In this document: positions 1 through 9,223 of the stretch, piece by piece | How positions within the stretch are numbered: the stretch's first letter is position 1 | How the letters are laid out: every line of letters starts with the position of its first letter | Source of the DNA: Hormoscilla sp. | GTDB taxonomy: Bacteria > Cyanobacteriota > Cyanobacteriia > Cyanobacteriales > Desertifilaceae | DNA: 20,572 nucleotides | NCBI GenBank assembly: GCA_051439505.1 | Contig: JBFRWI010000150.1 | Location: 1-20,572 of the forward strand | Reading direction: 5' to 3' | The notes under the pieces: generated by a model | What the model saw: the letters and a program-made list of their open reading frames with translations, nothing else | Databases searched by the model: none | Told to the model about the DNA's origin: nothing | Translations under genes and position numbers: made by a program

Positions 1-20
1 GATCTCAAGGAGACATATAG

Positions 21-452
21 ATGAGCACAGTACAAGAAACTACTCTTCATAAGACCCTACCATTACCAGCAGCAGCAACACCCAAAGGAGTTGTGGCCAC
101 AGAACTGCGGCCTTGGGGTTCCTTCACAGTGCTAGAAGAAGGACGGGGATATAAAATTAAGCGGATCGAAGTCAAGCCAGGTCACCGGCTAAGCCTGCAA
201 ATGCACCACCATCGCAGCGAACATTGGATCGTAGTCTCGGGTACGGCCAAAGTGACCTGCGGCGATCGAGAGATGATGATTTACAGCAATCAATCTACCT
301 ACGTGCCCCAATGTACCGCTCATCGCTTAGAAAACCCAGGAGTCATACCCTTAGTTCTGATCGAAGTCCAGAATGGCGAGTATCTCGGAGAAGACGACAT
401 CATTCGCTTCCAAGATGACTACGCCCGCACAGAGTCCAAAACCGGCAGATAA
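21..452 (+). CDS. Cupin-domain protein, phosphomannose isomerase type II C-terminal-like
   Basis: RPWGSF start motif, LSLQMHHHRSEHWIVVSG, HRLENPG and IEVQNGEYLGEDDIIRFQDDY, as in the ManC C-terminal cupin. AAGGAG RBS at 7-12. Confidence 0.9.
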   Translation: MSTVQETTLHKTLPLPAAATPKGVVATELRPWGSFTVLEEGRGYKIKRIEVKPGHRLSLQMHHHRSEHWIVVSGTAKVTCGDREMMIYSNQSTYVPQCTAHRLENPGVIPLVLIEVQNGEYLGEDDIIRFQDDYARTESKTGR

Positions 453-562
453 ACAACAAGGGCGCTACAGATAGAACCCCCCCAGCTATACCTTGCGCCA
501 AGCTATATATAATCAAGCGCAAGGTTGACCGAAACAATAACTGTAGCAAGCAATATATAAAA

Positions 563-898
563 ATGATTCAATTGAGTCCAACAGCAGCTGTAGAAATAGA
601 GCGGATGAAATCAAAGCATCTCAAAGCGAAGGCATTCTTGAGAGTCGGAGTAATAGCCGGTGGTTGTCAGGACTGGGCTTACACAATGGAGTTATCAGAC
701 CAGCTGCAAGAGTCAGACCGGATATATGAATGTGAAGGGATACAAGTAGTGATAGATGCAGGCCACAGTGAATACATAGATGACCTTACCCTAGATTACT
801 CGGAAGACCTGATGGGAGGAGGCTTTCGCTTCCACAACCGCAAAGCGATCGCTACCTGTGGCTGTGGGAACTCCTTTTCCATTGAAAAAAAAACTTGA
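563..898 (+). CDS. HesB/IscA family A-type Fe-S carrier protein
   Basis: GGC motif, LDYSEDLMGGGFRFHN and C-terminal CGCGNSF. Confidence 0.92.
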   Translation: MIQLSPTAAVEIERMKSKHLKAKAFLRVGVIAGGCQDWAYTMELSDQLQESDRIYECEGIQVVIDAGHSEYIDDLTLDYSEDLMGGGFRFHNRKAIATCGCGNSFSIEKKT

Positions 899-924
899 CA
901 CAGCGCCTCCGAAATCGCTATAAT
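895..924 (+). promoter_or_regulatory. Consensus sigma70-type promoter of the str operon
   Basis: TTGACA (895-900, overlapping the upstream TGA stop), 18-nt spacer, TATAAT (919-924), about 50 nt before rpsL. Confidence 0.8.
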
Positions 925-976
925 AATAAATTGTCGTGATCTTTTACAGAAAAGAAGCCAGATTGGCGCGTAACAC

Positions 977-1348
977 ATGCCCACTATTCAACAGTTAATT
1001 CGTAGCGAACGTCAGAAAGTCCAAAAGAAGACGAAATCACCGGCTCTGAAAAGTTGCCCTCAGCGTCGCGGTGTCTGCACCAGAGTTTACACAACAACTC
1101 CGAAAAAGCCAAATTCGGCCCTCCGCAAAGTAGCGCGGGTGCGCCTCAGTTCGGGATTTGAGGTGACAGCATACATCCCAGGAATTGGTCACAACCTGCA
1201 AGAACACTCAGTGGTGATGATTAGGGGAGGTCGGGTGAAAGACCTGCCCGGTGTCAGATATCACATCATTCGCGGCACACTGGATACGGCGGGTGTAAAG
1301 GACCGCCGTCAGGGGAGATCGAAGTATGGCGCTAAGCGTCCAAAATAG
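977..1348 (+). CDS. rpsL: 30S ribosomal protein S12
   Basis: [20 protein letters not shown] and [12 protein letters not shown]. Both streptomycin-related lysines are wild type. Confidence 0.99.
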   Translation: MPTIQQLIRSERQKVQKKTKSPALKSCPQRRGVCTRVYTTTPKKPNSALRKVARVRLSSGFEVTAYIPGIGHNLQEHSVVMIRGGRVKDLPGVRYHIIRGTLDTAGVKDRRQGRSKYGAKRPK

Positions 1349-1448
1349 ACTCAAGCATTGGTAGTGTTCTCCGGAAAGTCTGCGGACTGCTACCGCTGCT
1401 AGAGGATGTCGGGCCACAATGGTCCAGTGCCAATGATATACTTTGAAC

Positions 1449-1483
1449 GGTCAGCGGTCAGCTATCAGCGGTCAGCTATCGGT
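1449..1483 (+). repeat. Heptamer short tandem repeat (GGTCAGC/TATCAGC) in the rpsL-rpsG spacer
   Basis: ggtcagc ggtcagc tatcagc ggtcagc tatcggt; a complementary ctgatag follows at 1491-1497. Confidence 0.8.
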
Positions 1484-1584
1484 ACCAAAACTGATAGGGT
1501 CTGGGGTGAGAAAGATGGCAGCAGGCTAATCAAAGTATGATTGACAGCTGAAAGTGCAAGATAAGAATTAATTAAAGGCTGACT

Positions 1585-2055
1585 ATGTCTCGTCGTGGTG
1601 TAACTCAAAAAAAATCTGTACCCGCAGATGCAGTGTACAATTCGCGCCTGGTAAGCATGATGATCAGGCGGATAATGAAAAGTGGCAAGAAGTCCCTAGC
1701 ATCTAGGATAGTTTATGGGGCGTTTAAGACCATTGAAGAAAAAACGGGGACTGACCCCCTAGAAGTCTTTGAAAAAGCCGTGCGGAATACAACACCTCTG
1801 GTGGAAGTAAAGGCGCGGCGGGTGGGTGGTGCTACCTACCAGGTGCCGATGGAAGTGCGTGCGGACCGGGGCACAAGTCTGGCCCTCCGCTGGTTGATCA
1901 GATTTGCTCGGGCCCGATCGGGAAAATCAATGGTCAGCAAGTTGGCGAACGAACTCATGGATGCAGCTAACCAAACGGGTAGTGCCATTAGAAAGCGGGA
2001 AGAAACTCACAGAATGGCTGAGGCCAATAAGGCTTTTGCCCATTATCGCTACTAA
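1585..2055 (+). CDS. rpsG: 30S ribosomal protein S7
   Basis: MSRR start, [16 protein letters not shown] and [15 protein letters not shown]. Confidence 0.99.
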   Translation: MSRRGVTQKKSVPADAVYNSRLVSMMIRRIMKSGKKSLASRIVYGAFKTIEEKTGTDPLEVFEKAVRNTTPLVEVKARRVGGATYQVPMEVRADRGTSLALRWLIRFARARSGKSMVSKLANELMDAANQTGSAIRKREETHRMAEANKAFAHYRY

Positions 2056-2211
2056 ACAGGCCCAGCGGTGACAAGGGAACAATCGACAAAGGACAGGGGA
2101 AAAATTCTCCGGGTCCGAACCAGGGGAAAAACGATCGGTTGTCGTCAAAAAAGTATAGAATCTTAACATAGCAGTAAAAAAGCTGTGTAGAGAGACAAAA
2201 GGAGGTAAACT

Positions 2212-4287
2212 GTGGCACGAAATATACCGCTGGAGCGAGTGCGGAATATGGGAATTGCGGCCCATATTGATGCGGGCAAGACAACGACAACAGAAAGGAT
2301 TCTGTTTTATTCGGGGGTGGTTCACAAAATTGGGGAAGTACACGATGGTACAGCCGTAACGGACTGGATGGCCCAGGAGCGCGAGCGAGGCATTACCATC
2401 ACGGCAGCGGCAATCAGCACGAACTGGAGGGACCATCAAATCAATATCATTGATACCCCCGGTCACGTAGACTTCACGATCGAGGTGGAACGCTCCATGC
2501 GGGTGCTGGATGGGGTGATCGCTGTATTCTGTTCGGTCGGAGGAGTTCAGCCCCAATCAGAAACAGTGTGGCGCCAGGCAGATAGGTACAAGGTACCTCG
2601 GATTGCCTTTATCAATAAAATGGATAGAACAGGGGCCAACTTTTTCAAGGTATACCAGCAGCTCCGCGATCGCCTCCGTGCCAATGCAGTGCCGATACAG
2701 GTGCCGATCGGCAGCGAAGGGGAATTCAGAGGGATTGTAGACTTGGTGCGAATGCGAGCCAAGATCTACACCAACGACCTGGGTACAGATATCGAAGACG
2801 CGGAAATTCCCGAAGACATACTGGAATTGGCCGAAGAATATCGTGCCAAGCTGATCGAGTCGGTAGCAGAAACAGATGATGTCCTCACGGAAAAGTATCT
2901 GGAAGGGGAAGAACTGACAGAAGCAGAAATAGCGACGGCCCTGCGCAAAGGTACGATCGACGGTACGATCGTGCCAGTGCTGTGCGGTTCGGCGTTCAAA
3001 AACAAGGGGGTGCAATTACTGCTGGATGCAGTGGTAGACTACCTGCCAGCGCCAATAGACGTGCCGCCAATTCAGGGAACATTGCCAGACGGAGAAGTAG
3101 TAGCTCGCAAAGCAGATGATGAAGATCCATTCTCGGCTTTGGCGTTCAAAATTATGGCAGATCCCTATGGTCGCCTGACATTTATCCGCGTATACTCGGG
3201 TGTGTTGAAGAAAGGAAGCTACATCCTCAATTCAACGAAAAACAAGAAAGAGCGAATTTCCCGCCTGATCGTCTTGAAAGCAGACGATCGCATAGAGGTA
3301 GACGAAATGAGGGCAGGAGATTTGGGAGCAGCTTTGGGATTAAAGGACACCTTTACGGGAGATACGCTCTGCGATGATAAGGAACCGGTGATACTGGAGT
3401 CTCTGTACATCCCCGAACCGGTAATATCGGTGGCAGTGGAGCCCAAAACCAAGCAAGATATGGAGAAGCTATCGAAAGCACTCCAAGCCCTGTCGGAAGA
3501 AGACCCCACATTTCGGGTAAGCGTGGATGCAGAAACAAACCAAACCGTGATTGCGGGGATGGGGGAACTGCACCTGGAAATTCTGGTAGACCGGATGCTG
3601 CGAGAATTTAAGGTGGAAGCAAATGTAGGGGCTCCTCAGGTGGCATACCGGGAAACAATTCGCAAGGCAGTCAAGGCTGAGGGGAAATTTATCCGCCAGA
3701 GTGGTGGCAAAGGTCAGTACGGTCACGTAGTGATCGAACTAGAACCGGCAGAGGCAGGGAGCGGCTTTGAATTTGTCTCCAAAATCGTAGGGGGATCTGT
3801 GCCAAAAGAGTACATAGGCCCAGCAGAACAAGGGATGAAAGAAGCTTGCGAATCGGGAGTTTTGGCAGGCTACCCGGTGATCGACATGAAGGTGACTCTG
3901 GTAGATGGGTCTTTCCACGAAGTAGACTCCTCGGAAATGGCATTCAAAATAGCTGGCTCGATGGCGCTCAAAGAGGCAGTGACCAAGGCATCACCGGTGA
4001 TGTTAGAGCCGACGATGAAGGTGGAAGTAGAAGTACCCGAAGACTTTATTGGTGATGTGATTGGAGACTTGAATTCTCGTCGGGGCCAAGTAGAAGGCAT
4101 GGGTACGGAAGAGGGGATTAGCAAGGTATCTGCTAAAGTACCATTGGCACAGATGTTTGGCTATGCGACAGATATCCGGTCGAAAACTCAAGGTCGTGGT
4201 ATATTCTCAATGGAGTTTAGCCACTACTCGGAGGTGCCTAAGAATGTGGCAGAAGTAATCATTGCTAAGAACAAAGGTTCGGCCTAG
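2212..4287 (+). CDS. fusA: Elongation factor G
   Basis: GTG start with [27 protein letters not shown] and NKMD GTPase motifs; MGELHLEI; 691 aa. Confidence 0.99.
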   Translation: MARNIPLERVRNMGIAAHIDAGKTTTTERILFYSGVVHKIGEVHDGTAVTDWMAQERERGITITAAAISTNWRDHQINIIDTPGHVDFTIEVERSMRVLDGVIAVFCSVGGVQPQSETVWRQADRYKVPRIAFINKMDRTGANFFKVYQQLRDRLRANAVPIQVPIGSEGEFRGIVDLVRMRAKIYTNDLGTDIEDAEIPEDILELAEEYRAKLIESVAETDDVLTEKYLEGEELTEAEIATALRKGTIDGTIVPVLCGSAFKNKGVQLLLDAVVDYLPAPIDVPPIQGTLPDGEVVARKADDEDPFSALAFKIMADPYGRLTFIRVYSGVLKKGSYILNSTKNKKERISRLIVLKADDRIEVDEMRAGDLGAALGLKDTFTGDTLCDDKEPVILESLYIPEPVISVAVEPKTKQDMEKLSKALQALSEEDPTFRVSVDAETNQTVIAGMGELHLEILVDRMLREFKVEANVGAPQVAYRETIRKAVKAEGKFIRQSGGKGQYGHVVIELEPAEAGSGFEFVSKIVGGSVPKEYIGPAEQGMKEACESGVLAGYPVIDMKVTLVDGSFHEVDSSEMAFKIAGSMALKEAVTKASPVMLEPTMKVEVEVPEDFIGDVIGDLNSRRGQVEGMGTEEGISKVSAKVPLAQMFGYATDIRSKTQGRGIFSMEFSHYSEVPKNVAEVIIAKNKGSA

Positions 4288-4402
4288 GGGAAAGGCCCTG
4301 GGGATGGAGATGTTGGCTTGAAAAAGCGTAAAAGAATGGTTCATCCCCAGGAAAAAATCCCGATAGATCGCATAATAATTATAAATGGGTTAATTCATCA
4401 GT

Positions 4403-5632
4403 ATGGCACGCGCAAAGTTTGAAAGGAATAAACCTCACGTAAACATCGGTACCATTGGTCACGTTGACCACGGGAAAACAACACTGACCGCCGCAATAAC
4501 CATGTCCCTGGCGGCCCAAGGGAAGGCAAAGGCGAAAAATTACGCAGATATAGATGCGGCACCGGAGGAAAAAGCCCGGGGGATCACGATCAATACGGCT
4601 CACGTTGAGTATGAAACGGAGGAACGGCACTACGCTCACGTGGACTGCCCCGGTCATGCTGACTACGTGAAAAACATGATCACCGGAGCGGCTCAAATGG
4701 ATGGGGCGATCCTGGTGGTGTCAGCAGCAGATGGGCCCATGCCCCAGACCCGGGAGCACATCCTCCTGGCACGTCAGGTAGGGGTTCCTAACCTGGTAGT
4801 GTTTTTGAACAAGCAAGACATGGTGGATGATGAGGAACTGCTGGAGCTGGTGGAACTGGAAGTCCGGGAACTGTTGAGCGATTATCAATTTGATGGTGAT
4901 AATATTGCCATTGTCGCGGGCTCGGCATTACAGGCAGTAGAGGCTCTGACAAAAAACCCGAGCATTGCCAAGGGTGAAGATGAGTGGGTAGATAAAATCC
5001 TGGCACTCATGGATGAAGTAGACGGTCATATCCCCACCCCAGAGCGGGAGGTGGATAAGCCGTTCCTGATGGCGGTGGAAGATGTATTCTCGATCACCGG
5101 TCGGGGAACAGTGGCAACCGGTCGGATCGAACGGGGTAAGGTAAAGGTAGGCGAAACGGTGGAACTGGTGGGAGTCAGGGACACCCGCAGTACCACAGTA
5201 ACCGGTGTGGAAATGTTCCAGAAAACCCTGGATGAAGGAATGGCCGGGGATAATGTGGGATTGTTGCTCCGGGGGATCCAGAAGGAACAGGTGGAACGGG
5301 GTATGGTGATTGCTAAGCCCGGTTCGATCAATCCTCACACGGAATTTGAGGCGGAGGTGTACGTGCTGAAAAAGGAAGAAGGTGGTCGGCACACTCCTTT
5401 CTTCCCTAACTACCGTCCTCAGTTCTACGTGCGGACTACGGATGTAACGGGTACGATCAAGTCCTTTACGGCGGATGATGGCAGTACGGCAGAAATGGTG
5501 ATGCCCGGCGATCGCATCAAGATGAATGTGGAGCTGATCAATGCGATCGCGATCGAGCAAGGGATGCGCTTTGCTATTCGCGAAGGCGGTCGGACGATCG
5601 GTGCGGGAGTGGTCTCGAAAATCGTCAAGTAG
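4403..5632 (+). CDS. tuf: Elongation factor Tu
   Basis: [25 protein letters not shown] and [15 protein letters not shown]; 409 aa, the cyanobacterial length. Confidence 0.99.
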   Translation: MARAKFERNKPHVNIGTIGHVDHGKTTLTAAITMSLAAQGKAKAKNYADIDAAPEEKARGITINTAHVEYETEERHYAHVDCPGHADYVKNMITGAAQMDGAILVVSAADGPMPQTREHILLARQVGVPNLVVFLNKQDMVDDEELLELVELEVRELLSDYQFDGDNIAIVAGSALQAVEALTKNPSIAKGEDEWVDKILALMDEVDGHIPTPEREVDKPFLMAVEDVFSITGRGTVATGRIERGKVKVGETVELVGVRDTRSTTVTGVEMFQKTLDEGMAGDNVGLLLRGIQKEQVERGMVIAKPGSINPHTEFEAEVYVLKKEEGGRHTPFFPNYRPQFYVRTTDVTGTIKSFTADDGSTAEMVMPGDRIKMNVELINAIAIEQGMRFAIREGGRTIGAGVVSKIVK

Positions 5633-5641
5633 ACCGCAAGA

Positions 5642-5708
5642 GAAGGGGAATGGGCGAAGTCTGGGCGCAGAAGCAAAAGACCAGCATGGGCTTCGCTCAT
5701 CCTTCCTC
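5642..5708 (+). other. Long imperfect stem-loop between tuf and rpsJ (mRNA stabiliser or partial terminator)
   Basis: GAAGGGGAATGGGCGAAGTCT pairs imperfectly with GGGCTTCGCTCATCCTTCCTC. A similar stem (CCTGGGGATGGA/TTCATCCCCAGG) follows fusA at about 4297-4352. Confidence 0.55.
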
Positions 5709-5753
5709 AAAAGCTAGCAGACAGAACCTTGAAAAGTTATAAGAAGTGAGAAA

Positions 5754-6071
5754 ATGGTAGCAATAGGACAGCAGAAAATCAGAATTCGTCTGAAAGCATT
5801 CGATCGGCGTTTATTAGATACGAGTTGCGAAAAAATAGTCGATACAGCAAATCGCACCAATGCGACGGCAAGAGGACCAATTCCGCTGCCAACGAAGCGT
5901 CGGATATACTGCGTGCTGCGATCGCCCCATGTGGATAAGGATTCCCGCGAACACTTTGAGACTCGCACCCATAGGCGGATTATAGATATATACCAGCCTT
6001 CATCAAAAACGATAGACGCGCTGATGAAACTGGATTTACCGGCAGGTGTGGATATTGAGGTAAAACTGTAG
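5754..6071 (+). CDS. rpsJ: 30S ribosomal protein S10
   Basis: [32 protein letters not shown] and [11 protein letters not shown]. Confidence 0.99.
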   Translation: MVAIGQQKIRIRLKAFDRRLLDTSCEKIVDTANRTNATARGPIPLPTKRRIYCVLRSPHVDKDSREHFETRTHRRIIDIYQPSSKTIDALMKLDLPAGVDIEVKL

Positions 6072-6270
6072 CTGGCGTTAATTGCTATAGGGTGTTGCAT
6101 AATAATGGGATGAAACGACTTTTAGCTAATGGTTAATTGCTGTTCTCGCTCCAGGGAAAGAGAAGCAATTAGCAATTCTTTAATCCATCATCCCGAAAAT
6201 AGGCAACGCAGTTAAGAGTTTATTTAAGATTGCAATTAACAATTAACCATTACCTGGGATGGAAAGAAAA

Positions 6271-6930
6271 ATGACATCCTCAACATCAATTGGTGTCCGA
6301 GAACTTCCTCTGTTTCCCCTGCCAGAAGTTGTGTTGTTTCCCGGCAGACCGCTGCCACTCCACATCTTCGAGTTTCGCTACCGGATGATGATGAACACGA
6401 TTCTCTCCGACGATCGCCGCTTTGGAGTGTTGATGTGGGATCCGGCGGAAGAAAAAACAGCACCGGTGGGGTGCTGTGCAGAAATTGTGCAATATCAACG
6501 TCTGCCAGACGATCGGATGAAAATGTTGACGATCGGACAGCAACGATTCCGGGTGTTGGAGTATGTCCGGGAAAAGCCCTATAATGTAGGCTTGGTAGAG
6601 TGGATTTCTGACGAGCCACCAACAAAGGACTTGAGACCTCTGGCGGCTTCGGTAAATCAGTTGCTAAAAGATGTGGTTAATCTATCGGCGAAGCTGACGG
6701 ATAAACAAATAGAATTGCCAGAAAAAATTCCTGACTTACCCAGAGAATTGTCTTATTGGGTGGCCAGCAATCTCTATGGTGCGGTGTCCGAACAACAAGC
6801 AATGCTAGAAATGCAATCCACGGCGTCGAGATTGGAGCGGGAAGCGGAAATTCTCAACAATACTCGCAATCATTTAGCAGCCCGCACAGTGCTCAAGGAT
6901 ACATTCAATGACATGAATATGGAGAACTGA
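6271..6930 (+). CDS. LON peptidase substrate-binding (N-terminal) domain protein
   Basis: RELPLFPLPEVVLFPG..LPLHIFEFRYRMM. Usual cyanobacterial neighbour of rpsJ. Start at MTSS (6271) preferred over 6259. Confidence 0.9.
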   Translation: MTSSTSIGVRELPLFPLPEVVLFPGRPLPLHIFEFRYRMMMNTILSDDRRFGVLMWDPAEEKTAPVGCCAEIVQYQRLPDDRMKMLTIGQQRFRVLEYVREKPYNVGLVEWISDEPPTKDLRPLAASVNQLLKDVVNLSAKLTDKQIELPEKIPDLPRELSYWVASNLYGAVSEQQAMLEMQSTASRLEREAEILNNTRNHLAARTVLKDTFNDMNMEN

Positions 6931-6963
6931 GAAGGGTGGTCAATTATCTATGCGCAGGAGAAT

Positions 6964-7836
6964 TCATAATTCATCATTGGTAAAGATTTGAATGTTGTAG
7001 CTGCCAAAGATTTTCAGGATTTCAGTGTGAGCTGTTAGTTCGGCAAGTGCGGCTTGGGTTGATGGGGCTTTGGCGTCGGCTTCCAGGTCCAGAAAGAAAA
7101 CATAGTCTCCGAGCGATCGCTTGCTAGGACGAGATTCTATGCGACTGAGGTTTATACCCCGACTGGCAAAAGCCTGTAGGGGTTTGACTAAGGCTCCCGG
7201 AACATTGGCAGGAACGCTGAAGGCGATCGAGGTATGACTTTTATCCTCTTCAGTGGGGCCGAAGAAGGGAGATGCTTGTAGGCTGAGCACCAAGAAGCGG
7301 GTACAGTTGTCGGGATGGTCGTTGATGGGGTAGGCTAATACTGGTTTCTGGTAGAGTTCCGCTGCCCTTCGAGAGGCGATCGCGCCTGCTTGACGATCTG
7401 AGTCTAGATACTTTAATGCTTCGGTGGTCGAGTTAGTGGGAATTAACTGCCGTTCTGGGAGGAAATTTTTCAACCACCCGTGGCACTGAGCTAGGGCCTG
7501 GGGATGAGAATAAACTGTTTTGATTTCCTCCAGTTTGCTGGCCAGTGATAGCAGTGCATGAGAAATTGGCAAGACATAAGCCTGCTGGATTTGCAGCTTG
7601 TCCAGTTGCCATAGGGTATCTAGGGTAATAGTGACAGTACCTTCTAGAGAATTTTCTACTGGCACAACTGCAAGCTGGGCCCCACCTTCTGCTGCTGTCT
7701 CGATCGCCCGGGCAATACTGGGACAAGCACATAAAAGCGTTTCCACTCCTAGATCCTGCAGCGATCGGGCAACAGAGATCGCTGCTGCTTCTGAATAAGT
7801 TCCTGTAGGCCCTAAATGGGCGATCGATACTGCCAT
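6964..7836 (-). CDS. pheA: Prephenate dehydratase
   Basis: LGPTGTYSE, VPVENSLEG, SHPQALAQC, NCTRF and ACT domain NLSRIESRPS. Confidence 0.97.
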   Translation of the reverse strand: MAVSIAHLGPTGTYSEAAAISVARSLQDLGVETLLCACPSIARAIETAAEGGAQLAVVPVENSLEGTVTITLDTLWQLDKLQIQQAYVLPISHALLSLASKLEEIKTVYSHPQALAQCHGWLKNFLPERQLIPTNSTTEALKYLDSDRQAGAIASRRAAELYQKPVLAYPINDHPDNCTRFLVLSLQASPFFGPTEEDKSHTSIAFSVPANVPGALVKPLQAFASRGINLSRIESRPSKRSLGDYVFFLDLEADAKAPSTQAALAELTAHTEILKIFGSYNIQIFTNDEL

Positions 7837-7960
7837 ATAATTCAGCGGCTGAATTTTATCTTACTTATTGCTGATTATCTGTCCTCCCGGGCTCCAACTC
7901 GCCCAGGAGGATTTCTATTGAGATACTAAATCAGATTGTGGTTTTTGGACAAATGCCGAT

Positions 7961-7989
7961 ATTATACCATTTTATATTGATAAAGTCAA
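7961..7989 (-). promoter_or_regulatory. Sigma70-type promoter for pheA
   Basis: Minus strand TTGACT (7989-7984), 17-nt spacer, TATAAT (7966-7961) preceded by TGG (extended -10). Confidence 0.7.
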
Positions 7990-8119
7990 TCGTTTAATCA
8001 GCATTTTTACTCTTAACTGACAACTGACCACTGACCAATAACATGAAACTGAGTCAGATAAGGTTAAAAAATTGTAAAATATATTTACACAAGGTAACTC
8101 ACTTTAACAGATCTCTCTC

Positions 8120-8701
8120 ATGTATACCAGGTTTTTTGCTTCCCAATCGGTTGAACTGGCGGTACCGGATGAGTCGGTTTCGATTCGGCATTATCTGCGC
8201 AAGCCGAAGCGCTTGGTGGATTCCTTGACCTGTTCTAGTCAGATATTGCAGCTGAGCGAGGAGTATTTTCGCCTGAAAATGCGCCCGTTGACCTTCATGA
8301 TTTTCTCGTTACAACCAACGGTCGATATGAGAGTGTGGGCGGGGGACAATGGAACGATTCACTTGCAGTCAGTAGCCTGTGAAATTCGTGGGATCGAGTA
8401 TATCAATCAACGATTTGCTTTTAACCTGGTAGGGAAACTTTATGCTGAAGAGCGACATGGCCTCATTTACTTGAGTGGAAAGGCGGATTTAGAGGTGAAG
8501 GTAGAAGTGCCTCCTCCCTTGAATCTCACACCGAGGCCAATTCTAGAGACATCGGGAAATACTCTGCTGGCAAGTGTTCTATTGACGATTAAACAACGAT
8601 TGATGAACCAACTGTTATTGCATTATCGCCAGTGGGCACGCTCTCAGGCGACGGTATCTGTCTATTCTCCCCAAGAGAAGCTATCAGCAATTAGCTATTA
8701 G
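8120..8701 (+). CDS. DUF1997 family protein
   Basis: RFFASQSVELAV..IRHYLRKPKRLV, FRLKMRPL, LQPTVDMRVW and GNTLLASVLLTIKQRL; divergent from pheA as in other cyanobacteria. Confidence 0.85.
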   Translation: MYTRFFASQSVELAVPDESVSIRHYLRKPKRLVDSLTCSSQILQLSEEYFRLKMRPLTFMIFSLQPTVDMRVWAGDNGTIHLQSVACEIRGIEYINQRFAFNLVGKLYAEERHGLIYLSGKADLEVKVEVPPPLNLTPRPILETSGNTLLASVLLTIKQRLMNQLLLHYRQWARSQATVSVYSPQEKLSAISY

Positions 8702-8744
8702 CGATCGGGCTTGATTTGCGAACTAAAAGATGCCCAGAAAGCCC

Positions 8745-8777
8745 AGAAACCCGGTTTCTTCAAGAAACCGGGTTTCT
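8745..8777. repeat. Perfect 33-bp compound palindrome
   Basis: AGAAACCCGGTTTCTT-C-AAGAAACCGGGTTTCT: 16-bp perfect inverted repeat in which each arm is itself a hairpin. It lies between convergent genes. Confidence 0.9.
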
Positions 8778-8803
8778 AAACTTCTCAATCTGTTAAAACT
8801 TTC

Positions 8804-8999
8804 GATCTTACACCATTCTTAATTATCAATTAGCCTCATAGCCCGCCGTGGGTTCAAACCCACGGCTAATAGCTAAAGTCGGTTGAAAACCGACTGAAAG
8901 CCTTGTATTGTATAGAAAGGATTTATTCTCCTTTGGTAGACTTGGTATTTTCGCCTCTATTTTTAATTAGAGGCTGGTTATTGCGACTGGTGTAATATG
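8804..8999. mobile_element. REPIN/MITE-like element containing inverted REP hairpins
   Basis: Ends GATCTTACACCA (8804-8815) and TGGTGTAATATG (8988-8999) are 10/12 inverted. An intact double-hairpin REP lies at 8839-8895 and a degenerate inverted counterpart (GCCTCTA..TAGAGGC) near 8963-8974. Confidence 0.55.
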
Positions 9000-9011
9000 T
9001 GAGTTCTAAGC

Positions 9012-9219
9012 CAATACTTTTCGGTTAATGACTTGTCATTGCGAGGGGGGAAACCCAAACCGATAATTTAGGGATCGCCGCCTTTATCCCCCCTCATACG
9101 GGACGGGGGGATTGCTTCGGGGGGGGGGGTAACTCAATTGGTGCAGAAGTTAATCGCGGAGTACCCCCCCCCTCGCAATGACAAATATTCCCGCCGCTGT
9201 GTTTAACCGAGAAGTATTG
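9012..9219. mobile_element. MITE, 208 bp, 17-bp TIRs, 10-bp target-site duplication
   Basis: CAATACTTTTCGGTTAA (9012-9028) vs TTAACCGAGAAGTATTG (9203-9219), 16/17 inverted. Flanks AGTTCTAAGC (9002-9011) and AGTTCTACGC (9220-9229). No ORF inside. Confidence 0.85.
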
Positions 9220-9223
9220 AGTT

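Noticed and set aside
1927..5710. Long antisense ORFs opposite rpsG/fusA/tuf (e.g. 1927-2556, 2557-3015, 4928-5710)
   Set aside because: Shadow ORFs expected from codon bias in highly expressed genes; no recognisable motifs.
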